A DNA stretch of 46,286 nucleotides from Candidatus Micrarchaeota archaeon (lineage in GTDB: Archaea; Micrarchaeota; Micrarchaeia; Anstonellales; Bilamarchaeaceae), in assembly GCA_041694885.1 (NCBI GenBank), contig JBGFRX010000013.1, forward strand, positions 1-46,286, given 5' to 3'. The translations under genes were made by a program, and so were the position numbers. The first letter of the stretch is position 1; the number at the start of each line of letters is the position of its first letter. Of the stretch, positions 17,329-26,727 are shown one piece after another. The notes under the pieces are model-generated. The model searched no databases, was not told the origin of the DNA, and saw only the letters and a program-made list of their open reading frames with translations.

Positions 17329-18270
17329 TTATTTCACGGTTACGTTCTGCACAGGCGTCTCCTTTGCATTGCCTGCCTCGTCGGTGCATTTCACAGAGAA
17401 TGAATGCACGCCTGCTGATACCTGCGCGTTATAAACATAGCTGCCTATTCCAGAAGAGAGCTGGATCGTGGTTTTCTGCACTGTTCCGTCCTGGCTTATC
17501 TCGCACTCTGCGGAAGGGCTCACTGCGTCCCTTACGACAATGTTTACCTGCACTGCCCCGGTAAGTGGCGTAAGGACGTATGTGATTATGGGAGCGCTCC
17601 TGTCCAGCACAGTGCTCGCAAGCGCAATGTCGCTTTCACCTGCATTCCTGCACTGGTAGGCAACGAGCCGCTCCCCATCCCCTCCGGCGCTGAGAGTCCA
17701 CATCTTCTCTGTTTTATACGCTTCCCATGCCCCCCATTCCAAGTCCTCGTCGTTCTTGTATCTGCACTCCTTCGCGTCTTTTGCAGAAAGACGAAGAATA
17801 ATCTTATCGTTCAATGCGTATTTCCCACCTTCGTTTATTGCTATGGAAAGGCCGGATGGAATAAGGCGTGCAACCATTACTTCGAGCTGTTTGGTGTTTC
17901 CATCATCACTCGTATTCGCAACTGCGCGAATGGTATAGTAATATGTTCCAGGATGAACACTGTCCCTGTACCACAGAGCGTTTATCACCTCTGCATTCAG
18001 CTTCGTTCCAAGCGCTCCTGCTTCTGTGCTCCTGTAAACGTCGTATCCGTTGACTTCTCCGCTCTCTGATGCGTTCCACGCAAGCGAAACAGCGTTTCCA
18101 TCCACGATCGCGAAAACCGCAGGTACAGGTGCAATCACTTCTGCTGGCGACTCGGATATCAGCGCTATCGAAGAACTCGCGATGAAAATCAGGATCGCCA
18201 CTGCGACAATCAGCACATACCTGTCTTCCCTCACTCCATCCAAAAAGCCCTTCTCGCTTTTTCCAGCCAT
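17329..18270 (-). CDS. Fibronectin type III/Ig-like membrane-anchored protein
   Basis: VSLAW, GYDVYRS, YYYTIRAV; C-terminal KCTDEAGN. Confidence 0.75.
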   Translation of the reverse strand: MAGKSEKGFLDGVREDRYVLIVAVAILIFIASSSIALISESPAEVIAPVPAVFAIVDGNAVSLAWNASESGEVNGYDVYRSTEAGALGTKLNAEVINALWYRDSVHPGTYYYTIRAVANTSDDGNTKQLEVMVARLIPSGLSIAINEGGKYALNDKIILRLSAKDAKECRYKNDEDLEWGAWEAYKTEKMWTLSAGGDGERLVAYQCRNAGESDIALASTVLDRSAPIITYVLTPLTGAVQVNIVVRDAVSPSAECEISQDGTVQKTTIQLSSGIGSYVYNAQVSAGVHSFSVKCTDEAGNAKETPVQNVTVK

Positions 18271-18338
18271 AATATCACCACAATAGAAAAGTATTTTACA
18301 CGCAAATTATGAATTTCCATATTTTTAAAGCTTCTGAT

Positions 18339-18530
18339 TTATGAGACCTCGAATTCCTGCACAGGCGTCTCGCGCTCGTTTCCTGCCTCGTCGGCGCATT
18401 TCAGGGTAAAACTGTGCTTTCCTTCGCCCGTCTCTTGCGCGAATTCCACTCTTCCCTTGTTTTCCGAAATCCCCACTTCGAATTCGCTTTCTTTTCCATC
18501 AACTATTATTTTCGAATGGCCGGTTTCCAT
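18339..18530 (-). CDS. Mini-ORF duplicating the last Ig-like domain of 17329..18270 (small gene or remnant)
   Basis: HSFTLKCADEAGNERETPVQ vs HSFSVKCTDEAGNAKETPVQ; AGGTG upstream of ATG 18530. Confidence 0.55.
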   Translation of the reverse strand: METGHSKIIVDGKESEFEVGISENKGRVEFAQETGEGKHSFTLKCADEAGNERETPVQEFEVS

Positions 18531-18619
18531 TAGTGCACCTTTAAACACTAAAGAATATGCATTAACACATATTTAAAGGTATCGAAAACTGGAAAAATGA
18601 GGAGAAAAAATAAAGAAAT

Positions 18620-19615
18620 TTATGGAGTAGTAGAAACCCTAAACGCGAAGTTGCCGCTGTCCTCTTTCCAGATGTTTCCGTAGCCCTCTTTCGTGTCCAG
18701 AACAGCGCTCTTTCCGTCATAGTCGCTTCCTGAAACCCAGACAGGTTTGTTCGCACTTTCCTCGTCCAAGTAAACCACTATCCAGTACTTGCCTGGGGTG
18801 AGAAACACCCCATTCAATCCGTACGAGAATTTATACCATTGCGCAGCGCTGATGTCCCTTGCTGAAATGCGGCTGCTTTTTATCGCGCTTCCCGGTTTGT
18901 TGAAATTATCCTGTCTCAATTCCACTGCGAGCAGCACATCGTCCGGCTTTTTGTCTGCCTTGAGATAGATCGAAATGCGCCCTATACCTATATTGTTCGA
19001 TACGATGAACTGCTGGCCGCGCTTAAATTGTTTGCTTATTTCCTTTCCCCCGGCAGCAGCGGGCGTCCCTATGGGCATTATTTCGAACTGCTTCTCCATT
19101 GCATTGTTGTTAGCGGGTCCGTCTTCAATTACTTTTTCGTCCTCGAACAATTCGACAATTGCCTTGAGCCCGTGCGTTCCGTCACTGAGCGCGAGCCAGT
19201 TGAAATTCACGATTTCCGTTTGTTGCGGCACATTCACCGTCTTGCTTTCCATGAGCGTGGTTCCGTCGTAATAAGATACCTTATACCGCGAAGGTTTCTG
19301 CTTTCCTTCGTACGCTACCTTCACGCTCAGTGTGCTGTATTGCGAAAGCGTAGGGGTGCTCGTATTCAAAATCATGTCTTTTATTTGCAGATCGTAATTC
19401 GCGTATGTACTTTCAGCAGGCGGCTGCGCTATTTTTTCCGGACTTACGGGTGCAGCAGTTTCCTCTCCTCTGGAAGGCATGGTTGCGTTCGTCGTTTCCC
19501 CGGTCTGCATAACCGCGCCAGCGTCCGGAATCGATAGGTTCTGCGCTGGAGGTACCTGCTGCGTGCAGCCCAGAACCAGAATGCCCAGTGCTAAAACCAG
19601 AAGAAGCCCCTTCAT
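18620..19615 (-). CDS. Lipoprotein-like surface protein with CARDB-like domain
   Basis: LVLGC lipobox; DLQI..., E....NN motif. Confidence 0.7.
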   Translation of the reverse strand: MKGLLLVLALGILVLGCTQQVPPAQNLSIPDAGAVMQTGETTNATMPSRGEETAAPVSPEKIAQPPAESTYANYDLQIKDMILNTSTPTLSQYSTLSVKVAYEGKQKPSRYKVSYYDGTTLMESKTVNVPQQTEIVNFNWLALSDGTHGLKAIVELFEDEKVIEDGPANNNAMEKQFEIMPIGTPAAAGGKEISKQFKRGQQFIVSNNIGIGRISIYLKADKKPDDVLLAVELRQDNFNKPGSAIKSSRISARDISAAQWYKFSYGLNGVFLTPGKYWIVVYLDEESANKPVWVSGSDYDGKSAVLDTKEGYGNIWKEDSGNFAFRVSTTP

Positions 19616-19704
19616 ATTACCACCAAAAAGCCATTCTCTTGCATGGTTTAAAAGTTTGCGGATTATACGTTCTATAGCGTTTTTTGAAATTGAAAAGTGA
19701 ATAT

Positions 19705-21210
19705 ATGACTGACAAGCACTGGGTAGAGCAAATCGCGGAAGAGGTTATAGAGAAGAAAAAGCCGCCCTATTGTGTAGGCTCAGGCATGACTCCATCAGGG
19801 TCCCTGCATTTCGGTACGTTGTGCGAATTCCTCTACCCGGCGAAGATAAGGGACATGCTCGTGAAAAAAGGGAAGGAGGCGAAGTTCTATTTCTTTGCAG
19901 ATGTTCTGGACGCATTTGATTCCGTACCTGTTTCGATGCAACAATATGAAATGCAGCTTGCCCCCCATTTCGGAAAGCCGCTTGCGCACGTTCCAGATCC
20001 TACAGGTAAAACGAAAAGTTTCGCTGACCTTTACCTGGAAGAATTGCGCACAGTGATGGACAAATTCAGGACTGACTGTGAAATAGTGCCTGCGACAATC
20101 ACCTACTCTTCCGGGAAGATGGATAAATACGCGAAATTCTTCCTCGAGAACGGGAAGCAGATAAAGGAAATAGTGGAAAGGAGCAGCGGCGCAGAGCAGA
20201 AAAAGGACTGGTCCCCAATAATGCCAATATGCAAGTCGTGCGGCAAAATCGCCACCACGCGCGTCCTTTTCCATGATGGCGAAAATTACGAATACGCATG
20301 CGACAGGGATGTAAAATACACGAAGGGCTGCGGCAACAAAGGAAAGGATTCCATTTATAATCACAACTACAAAATCGTGTGGCGTTTGGACTGGTCTGCG
20401 CGCCAGGATGCATACGGAATAAGCTATGAGGGTGCGGGAGTGGACCACTTCACGAAAGGCGGAAGTAGAGACACATTGGAGGTGGTTTTCAGGGAGATGC
20501 TCAAAAAAGAGCCCTCAGTAGGATACAAGCACGGCTTCATACTGATAGAAGGGAAGAAATACTCTAAAAGCAAGGGAAGGGGGATTGGCATCTCTGACGT
20601 GATGAAATTGCTTCCCCCTGAAGTGATAACGTTCCTGCTCGTGCGCCCTGATTTGGAGAAGAACAAGGATATCACTCCTTCCAAAGAGAACATGTTGCGC
20701 ATGGTCGAGGAGTACGAGCAGTCGCAGGGATTTGCTGAAAAGGGCTTCGAAAATCTGGACAGGGCGGAGCGCAAGAGAGCCCTCGCATACTTCCTTTCCG
20801 GGAAAAGGCATTGGAAAGCCCCCTTCAGGGACATAATGATGTACCACTCAGTCCATCAGAACTGGAGCAGTGCCGGGAAATTATTGGGGGACGAGGACGG
20901 CGTGCGCTACCTCACTCCGTATTTGGAGGAATGGAAAAAGAGGGATTTCATACCAGACGAATTCAATTTCATCTATTCGCCGAAAAAGGCGGAAGGCACT
21001 GTGCGCGAATTGTTCTCTTCGCTTCCTGAAAATTCAAATGCAGAGGCGATACAGAATGCGATCTTCAATTTCGCGAAAACCAAAGGCATTGCTCCGGTGG
21101 ATTTTTTCAAGCAAGTATACCTGACGCTTATTGGAAAGGAGAGGGGGCCCCGGCTCGGGAAATTCATGTTTGCCCTGGGAATCGGGAAAGTCAAGAAGGA
21201 TGTGCTATAA
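19705..21210 (+). CDS. lysS: Class I lysyl-tRNA synthetase
   Basis: GMTPSGSLHFG, WRLDW, E..GVDH, KYSKSKG, GPRLG. Confidence 0.95.
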   Translation: MTDKHWVEQIAEEVIEKKKPPYCVGSGMTPSGSLHFGTLCEFLYPAKIRDMLVKKGKEAKFYFFADVLDAFDSVPVSMQQYEMQLAPHFGKPLAHVPDPTGKTKSFADLYLEELRTVMDKFRTDCEIVPATITYSSGKMDKYAKFFLENGKQIKEIVERSSGAEQKKDWSPIMPICKSCGKIATTRVLFHDGENYEYACDRDVKYTKGCGNKGKDSIYNHNYKIVWRLDWSARQDAYGISYEGAGVDHFTKGGSRDTLEVVFREMLKKEPSVGYKHGFILIEGKKYSKSKGRGIGISDVMKLLPPEVITFLLVRPDLEKNKDITPSKENMLRMVEEYEQSQGFAEKGFENLDRAERKRALAYFLSGKRHWKAPFRDIMMYHSVHQNWSSAGKLLGDEDGVRYLTPYLEEWKKRDFIPDEFNFIYSPKKAEGTVRELFSSLPENSNAEAIQNAIFNFAKTKGIAPVDFFKQVYLTLIGKERGPRLGKFMFALGIGKVKKDVL

Positions 21211-21420
21211 AATACAAACCGGTCATGCCTTTGCTTCCTTTGGATTGATGCCCGCAGTTATCTTTATAGCTTTTGCATAACAATCTTCTGCAAGCTCATT
21301 CTCACATTCGCTTGCAGGAAAAAGGAAGTGTTTCTGAATAAAAAAGCAGATTATAAAAACTCTAATCCCCATGTAAATAAATCACGCTGTCATAGGCGCA
21401 GCTTTGGAAAATATTTGCCT

Positions 21421-21492
21421 GGGCTGATAGATCAACGGCAGATCGCCTCTTTGGCGTAGAGGAGGCTGGGGGTTCAAATCCCCTTCAGTCCA
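21421..21492 (+). tRNA. tRNA-Ala(GGC), intronless
   Basis: Full cloverleaf; G3:U70; loop TTGGCGT. Confidence 0.93.
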
Positions 21493-21514
21493 TGTTTTTT
21501 CTTATTTGCAAAAA

Positions 21515-21739
21515 TCAGGAAGGCGAAATGAACACCACGCTGTCGCCCCTCAGGAGCACGGTGCCCACCCCTCTTTTCACTTCTCCGTTAACGAGCTGCT
21601 CCGCCTTCTCAAGCACGAGGTTCATGTGCACATCGTAGGCAATCATGGTGCCGCGGAATTCCACCCCGCCCTTCAGCCCTATTATCACAGTGTTGTTCAA
21701 CGAGCCGTTGAGCACGTCGAAAGGTCTTTTTTCTCCCAT
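21515..21739 (-). CDS. Sm-like archaeal protein (Lsm/SmAP)
   Basis: RPFDVL, G...AYDVHMNLVL, LRGD.V. Confidence 0.95.
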   Translation of the reverse strand: MGEKRPFDVLNGSLNNTVIIGLKGGVEFRGTMIAYDVHMNLVLEKAEQLVNGEVKRGVGTVLLRGDSVVFISPS

Positions 21740-21789
21740 TTCATTTCACCTCAAAAAATCAACTTTTTATTGTTTGTTTCTGCTGATTT

Positions 21790-22281
21790 TTAAACTTCTG
21801 CATTCTTCACATGCTCAGCAGCGCCCTGTCCTGCAGGCTTCATTATCACCACCACATCCGCGGTGTTCCTAAGCGCAACCGAGAATGCGGAATCGCTGGC
21901 AACTATTATCGCTTTTTTTGCGTACTTTTTCACCTTTCTGAGAACAGGTGTGAAGTCAGTGTCGCGGGTCATGAGCGCGAGCACATCTGTATTCTCGTCA
22001 ACCACGTATTCCATTGCCTCTATCGCCATCGTAACGTCCACGTCTCCGGTGGTTATTTCCGGCTCGAAGCCCTGGTTCACCATCGCCTCTATCAGCTTAT
22101 CCGAGGCGTACTGGTCCAAATAGACCTTTGCAACGCGTATGTCTCCGTATTTCTGCAATTCCTTCTTCACTTCCTTCAGGTCAATCCCTATGCCCTTTCT
22201 TATGCTGTTCGGGCCGTCTATGAGAAGCACCACCTGCTTCCTTTTCTGCCCCTTTCCGAAAATTCCGTCAAAAAAGCCCAT
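21790..22281 (-). CDS. NYN-domain (PIN-like) protein
   Basis: IDGPN, DVDV.MA, TRDTDF, L...AD. Confidence 0.9.
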   Translation of the reverse strand: MGFFDGIFGKGQKRKQVVLLIDGPNSIRKGIGIDLKEVKKELQKYGDIRVAKVYLDQYASDKLIEAMVNQGFEPEITTGDVDVTMAIEAMEYVVDENTDVLALMTRDTDFTPVLRKVKKYAKKAIIVASDSAFSVALRNTADVVVIMKPAGQGAAEHVKNAEV

Positions 22282-22285
22282 GCGC

Positions 22286-23005
22286 TCACCGCTGAATTTT
22301 TATCCCGAAGAAACCAGCCGCGTTTTTCGCCGTCTGCTCCGCAACAATTTTCCTGTCGATGCCCTTTGTTTCAGCTATGTATCCTATCGAGCGCTCGACC
22401 TCGTAAAAAGTCCGTACCACATAAGGCGAATCGGTTTCAACCAATAATTCATCTAACTCAAGGGAGTTTATAACCTTTCTTCTTTCCTTGGAATGGAGCG
22501 GAACTATGGAGATGAGCGCGCCCAAGTCGAGCGCCCTTTCCGCTTCCTCCAGAGTTCCGGAAAAGAAATGCATCATTATTCCCCTGTTCCATTTGCGTTC
22601 GCGCAGCATTTCTACTGCCTTTCCATTGTCCTCGCGCGAATGAATCACAATTGGAAGCCGCATCTCCTCAGCGAGCTCGAGCATCTTCCCGAACAACATC
22701 TCCTCGTCCTTCACCTGCTGCGGATTTTTCGCCCAGTGGAAATCCAGCCCGATCTCTCCTATCGCGTTCGGTTTGTGCTTTTTTATTTCCTCTATCCACG
22801 AATCCAGTTTCGAAATCCCCTCTTTCACAGCGGTCTGGGGAGCGATTCCCAAAGCATAAGGGAGTTCGTATTTTTTCGCGATCCCGGCATTCCTTATGTT
22901 CGAATGATGCGAATAGCCCACGGTTACCGGAAGCCAGCCCGGCCGTATCTCTATCTGTTCGTAGTCCTGGAGATGGCAGTGCGAATCGATTATTGGCAGC
23001 GGCAT
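22286..23005 (-). CDS. TatD-family hydrolase
   Basis: DSHCH, IGEIGLD, IHSR, HFFSG, ETDSP. Confidence 0.93.
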   Translation of the reverse strand: MPLPIIDSHCHLQDYEQIEIRPGWLPVTVGYSHHSNIRNAGIAKKYELPYALGIAPQTAVKEGISKLDSWIEEIKKHKPNAIGEIGLDFHWAKNPQQVKDEEMLFGKMLELAEEMRLPIVIHSREDNGKAVEMLRERKWNRGIMMHFFSGTLEEAERALDLGALISIVPLHSKERRKVINSLELDELLVETDSPYVVRTFYEVERSIGYIAETKGIDRKIVAEQTAKNAAGFFGIKIQR

Positions 23006-23020
23006 GGCATCACGTTGCGC

Positions 23021-23227
23021 CTATATTATGGATTGCCGAAGCGGAATAATGCTCGCCTGAAACATAAACGTCCTCGTCCAAGATGTGCGAACGAAAATGG
23101 CGGGGTTTTGCACGTACTCCTCCAGATAAGGCGCAAAGTCCGCGAGCGAACCATTTTCGCCCCCGAAAAGGATTTTGCATGCTTTCCCGAACTCCTCGTC
23201 TGATTTTTCAAAAACCGCTGACGACAT
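23021..23227 (-). CDS. Short hypothetical protein or gene remnant
   Basis: Fills the intergenic gap; TTTATAAA upstream; protein-like first 40 aa. Confidence 0.35.
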   Translation of the reverse strand: MSSAVFEKSDEEFGKACKILFGGENGSLADFAPYLEEYVQNPAIFVRTSWTRTFMFQASIIPLRQSII

Positions 23228-23299
23228 GAGAACGTTTATAAATCCTAAGAATATTAATTGTTACGCATAATTTTGCGAAATCGAATTCGGTGAAAACTC

Positions 23300-23692
23300 A
23301 TGAGCGAGAAAATTTTTGCCTCAGCGAAGGATTTGAAAGAGGGGAAATACGTCCTCATAGAAGATATTCCGTGCAGGATAGTGGAAATCGAGACATCCAA
23401 GCCCGGGAAGCACGGAGCAGCGAAGATGCGCGTGACCGCGATAGGGATTTTCAACGGCCAGAAGAAAACCCTCCTTACTCCGAGCGACCAGGATGTGGAA
23501 GTGCCGATAATCGAGCGCAAGAATGTGCAGATAATGAGCGTGAGCGGCAAGACAGTGCAGGTAATGGATGCCGAGACGTACGAAATATACGATCTGGGAC
23601 TACCGGACGAATTGCTCGCGAACGCTGCTGCGGGCAAGGAGGCCGAAGTACTCCAAGCGATGGGAAGGAGGAAAATGGAAAGGATAAAATGA
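23300..23692 (+). CDS. eif5a: Translation factor aIF5A
   Basis: SKPGKHG hypusine-site motif. Confidence 0.96.
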   Translation: MSEKIFASAKDLKEGKYVLIEDIPCRIVEIETSKPGKHGAAKMRVTAIGIFNGQKKTLLTPSDQDVEVPIIERKNVQIMSVSGKTVQVMDAETYEIYDLGLPDELLANAAAGKEAEVLQAMGRRKMERIK

Positions 23693-23697
23693 TTCAT

Positions 23698-24030
23698 ATG
23701 GACGCTAAAATAATAAAAACGAACGAGAACGCGATTCTAGGAAGAAAGGAGATAATCGCCTCAGTTTCATTCGACAAGGCGACTCCGAACAGAAAGGAGA
23801 TGAAGGAACTGGTCTGCGGGAAGATAGGCGCGAATCCCGACAGCACGGTAGTGCGCGAAGTGAAATCGAAATTCGGGACGAGGGGTATTGATGCAGTGCT
23901 GCACGTTTATGCCTCAAAGGATGCCGCTCTGGCGGCCGAGCCGGGGTACATACTCATAAGGGAAGGCATGGCCGAGAAGAAGCCGAAAAAGGAAAAGAAG
24001 AAGACAACTCCGGCAGCTGCGAAGAAATAA
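23698..24030 (+). CDS. rps24e: 30S ribosomal protein S24e
   Basis: ENAILGRKEI, TPNR, KFG; true start 23689 or 23698, not 23290. Confidence 0.9.
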   Translation: MDAKIIKTNENAILGRKEIIASVSFDKATPNRKEMKELVCGKIGANPDSTVVREVKSKFGTRGIDAVLHVYASKDAALAAEPGYILIREGMAEKKPKKEKKKTTPAAAKK

Positions 24031-24043
24031 CTGGTGATTACCA

Positions 24044-24217
24044 ATGGCTGAGAAAGAGGATACGAAAAAGCCCGCAGTACCGGCGAAAAAGGAAAAGAAA
24101 AAGGCCGGACCGTACAAACCGGGAAAATGGTGCCCGAAATGCGGGGCAGGAGTGCGGCTCGCAGAGCACAAGAACAGGCGCTCGTGCGGAAAGTGCGGAT
24201 ATTTCGAAAAGAAGTGA
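24044..24217 (+). CDS. rps27ae: 30S ribosomal protein S27ae (absent from the ORF track)
   Basis: Manual translation ...[24 protein letters not shown]; follows S24e. Confidence 0.92.
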   Translation: MAEKEDTKKPAVPAKKEKKKAGPYKPGKWCPKCGAGVRLAEHKNRRSCGKCGYFEKK

Positions 24218-24223
24218 AACGAA

Positions 24224-24964
24224 ATGGACCGCGATCTCTTTCTCGTGATATCGCTTACCTTCTGCCTCCTGGTTTTCTTCAGTTATCTTCCCAACCTCCA
24301 GTTCCTTTACCCCTACGAAATAGCAATCGCATTCATTTTCCTGCTCATAACCGCGATCGTGTTCAATCTGGAGCGCATGCTCGTTTCGCTTTTCATTTTG
24401 CTCACATTTTCCTGGCTCCACAGTGCTCTACCTTACGTTGTCGTGATCGAGGTCCACCTCGCGATGTTCTTCCTCGCTGTCTTCCTCCTGCGCGAGGAGG
24501 AGATTTACGGATTTTTCACCGAGAACTCGAACAGCGCTGGGAAAATCGCGAAAAGCGCGCTTCACGGAATCGGTCTTTTCGCAACAGTTTTTCTTCTAGT
24601 TCTCGGCTTTTCGTTCGTCCTCTTCCTCCTTGGGTTCGAGCCGGACACAGCGCAGGTGTACGCACGCATCGTGGAGCTTCCCCTTTACATCCTCCTGTTC
24701 GCATTCCTGTTCGCACCTGTGAGCGAGGAAGTACTATTCCGCGGATTCCTCGCAGAAAGATACGGCATCTTCATCTCCGCGCTCGCATTCTCCATTTCCC
24801 ATGTATTTTACAATTCCAAATTCGAGCTTGCGGGTACGTTTTTGATAGGGCTCGCATTCGCGTATTATTTCAAAAAGCAGAGGAACATCGTGGCGTGCAT
24901 GATTGCGCACTCGCTTTTCAACATTTCCTCCATAGCTCTTATGTTTATGGCAGGCAGGGGGTAA
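24224..24964 (+). CDS. CPBP (CAAX/Abi) intramembrane metalloprotease
   Basis: EEVLFRG, F...H, H.LFN. Confidence 0.9.
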   Translation: MDRDLFLVISLTFCLLVFFSYLPNLQFLYPYEIAIAFIFLLITAIVFNLERMLVSLFILLTFSWLHSALPYVVVIEVHLAMFFLAVFLLREEEIYGFFTENSNSAGKIAKSALHGIGLFATVFLLVLGFSFVLFLLGFEPDTAQVYARIVELPLYILLFAFLFAPVSEEVLFRGFLAERYGIFISALAFSISHVFYNSKFELAGTFLIGLAFAYYFKKQRNIVACMIAHSLFNISSIALMFMAGRG

Positions 24965-24965
24965 T

Positions 24966-25937
24966 ATGATTACTTTGGGAATAGAATCCACTGCGCATAC
25001 GCTCGGAATAGGGATAGTCGAAAATGGGGAAGTGCTCTCCAATATTTACGATATGTACAGGTCGCCCAGTGGAGAAGGCATGCTTCCCCGGAACGCAGCA
25101 GACCACCATTCGGAATATTTTGCGCGCATCCTGAAGATGAATCTGGAAAGTGCAGGGCTAAAACTGCGCGATATTGATTTGATAGCGTTCGCTCAGGGAC
25201 CGGGGATAGGCGCCCCTTTGCGCATGGGAGTAGTGATGGCGAAATACCTCGCGAAAAAATACGATAAACCCATAATAGGGGTGAACCACTGCTACGCGCA
25301 CGCGAAAATAAGCGAGCACCTTACAGGCCTGAAAAATCCCCTTTATCTGTATTTGAGCGGAGGAAACAGCCAAATACTCGCGGAGAAGTGCTCCAAGTTC
25401 CGCGTTTTGGGAGAGACGCTGGACATAGGCATGGGAAATTTATTCGACGCTTTCGCAAGGAATATCAGGCTGGAACACGCGCACGGCTCCGCGCTCACGG
25501 AGCTTGCGAAAGGAGGGAAATACGTCGAGCTCCCTTATTCAGTAAAGGGGATGAACCTCGTTTTTTCCGGATTGCTTACCCATGCGAGCCGGCTGGCGAA
25601 AATGCATGGCAAGAAAGATGTCGCCTACTCATTGATGGAAACCGCTTTTGCGATGAGCTGCGAGGTCACGGAGCGGGCATTATTTTTGACCAAAAAGAAA
25701 AAATTAGTCGCATGCGGAGGGGTTGTGCAGAATAGGAGACTGCAGGAAATGCTTCGCATAATGTGCGAAGAGGATGGAGTTGAGTTCGGGGTTGCTCCTG
25801 ATGAATTCAACAGGGATAATGGGGCAATGATTGCTTATGCAGGACAGTTGCTTTATACGAAACAGGGAACTCAAAACCGGAAAGCTGTAGAGGATTGGGA
25901 AGCGATACAGGATTACAGAATAGATCAGATTAGATGA
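24966..25937 (+). CDS. kae1: KEOPS t6A synthase Kae1
   Basis: GIESTAHT, GPG, VNHC.AH, LSGGN, GETLD, DNGAMIA. Confidence 0.96.
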   Translation: MITLGIESTAHTLGIGIVENGEVLSNIYDMYRSPSGEGMLPRNAADHHSEYFARILKMNLESAGLKLRDIDLIAFAQGPGIGAPLRMGVVMAKYLAKKYDKPIIGVNHCYAHAKISEHLTGLKNPLYLYLSGGNSQILAEKCSKFRVLGETLDIGMGNLFDAFARNIRLEHAHGSALTELAKGGKYVELPYSVKGMNLVFSGLLTHASRLAKMHGKKDVAYSLMETAFAMSCEVTERALFLTKKKKLVACGGVVQNRRLQEMLRIMCEEDGVEFGVAPDEFNRDNGAMIAYAGQLLYTKQGTQNRKAVEDWEAIQDYRIDQIR

Positions 25938-26310
25938 GTTCCTCCATCTTCCTCCCCCCCATCTGCGTCCTTTCCCAATTAATCGTGAACGACTTTTCAT
26001 TTTCAGCAAAAAGCGAAAGCGGGATAAAGAACCACTCCTTCCTGTTCCTGCGCCATCCGACGTAAGTAGTAATGCCCGTATTTTCCTCCCATTTTTTCAG
26101 GCCTAAGAATTGCTCCTTGTCCAGGCCCAAATGCTCCTTTTCGTGCGCCTTCGCCTCGATTGCGTACTGGTTCCCCCTCTTGAAAAGCAGTATGTCCGGG
26201 GAAAGCGAGCTGACTCCGCTTCCTGCTGCACGAATTACAGAATAGCCGTTTTCAGTGAAATAATGGATAAGCTCTCTTTCAGCGCGCGAGCCCTTTCCAT
26301 AGCCGTACAT
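25930..26310 (-). CDS. hjc: Holliday junction resolvase Hjc
   Basis: KG.RAEREL, VIRAAGSG, PD, IEAK. Confidence 0.92.
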   Translation of the reverse strand: MYGYGKGSRAERELIHYFTENGYSVIRAAGSGVSSLSPDILLFKRGNQYAIEAKAHEKEHLGLDKEQFLGLKKWEENTGITTYVGWRRNRKEWFFIPLSLFAENEKSFTINWERTQMGGRKMEELI

Positions 26311-26331
26311 GCTCTGCACTCTCTTCAAAGA

Positions 26332-26727
26332 TTAAAAAACGAGTACTCCGTCCTCTGCATCAACCTGTACTTCCTGGTCATCCTTAAGCACTTTGAAAAG
26401 GTCCTTTTCCATCTTGTCGAGCATCGGTATTCCGGAAATTATGGCACCTACTGCGATTATGGGCTCTGCTTCCGAGTTTATTATTGCCGCAGGTGCCTTT
26501 CCATTCTTCTTCAATTGGAGCATCACGTAGGAGCCTACGGTTGAACCCTTTCCGTGCGGAAACACAAGCACACTTCCTGAGACGTTTTTGCCCTCTATTG
26601 CATGGCCCTTCTCTATCACTGTTCCTGTTTTCGGATCAACTCCCCCTAAGAATGAGATCGCATCCCTGCTTATCAGGACTTTCCCTGTTGCCTTGCCCCG
26701 TGCAATGACTCTTCCCTTTATCTGCAT
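26332..26727 (-). CDS. Phosphomevalonate dehydratase small subunit (AcnX swivel domain)
   Basis: SFLGGVD..TG, GKGSTVGS; cluster context. Confidence 0.9.
   Translation of the reverse strand: MQIKGRVIARGKATGKVLISRDAISFLGGVDPKTGTVIEKGHAIEGKNVSGSVLVFPHGKGSTVGSYVMLQLKKNGKAPAAIINSEAEPIIAVGAIISGIPMLDKMEKDLFKVLKDDQEVQVDAEDGVLVF

Noticed and set aside
23290-23688. Long N-terminal extension of S24e
   Set aside because: Alternate frame over aIF5A; S24e similarity starts at about 23698
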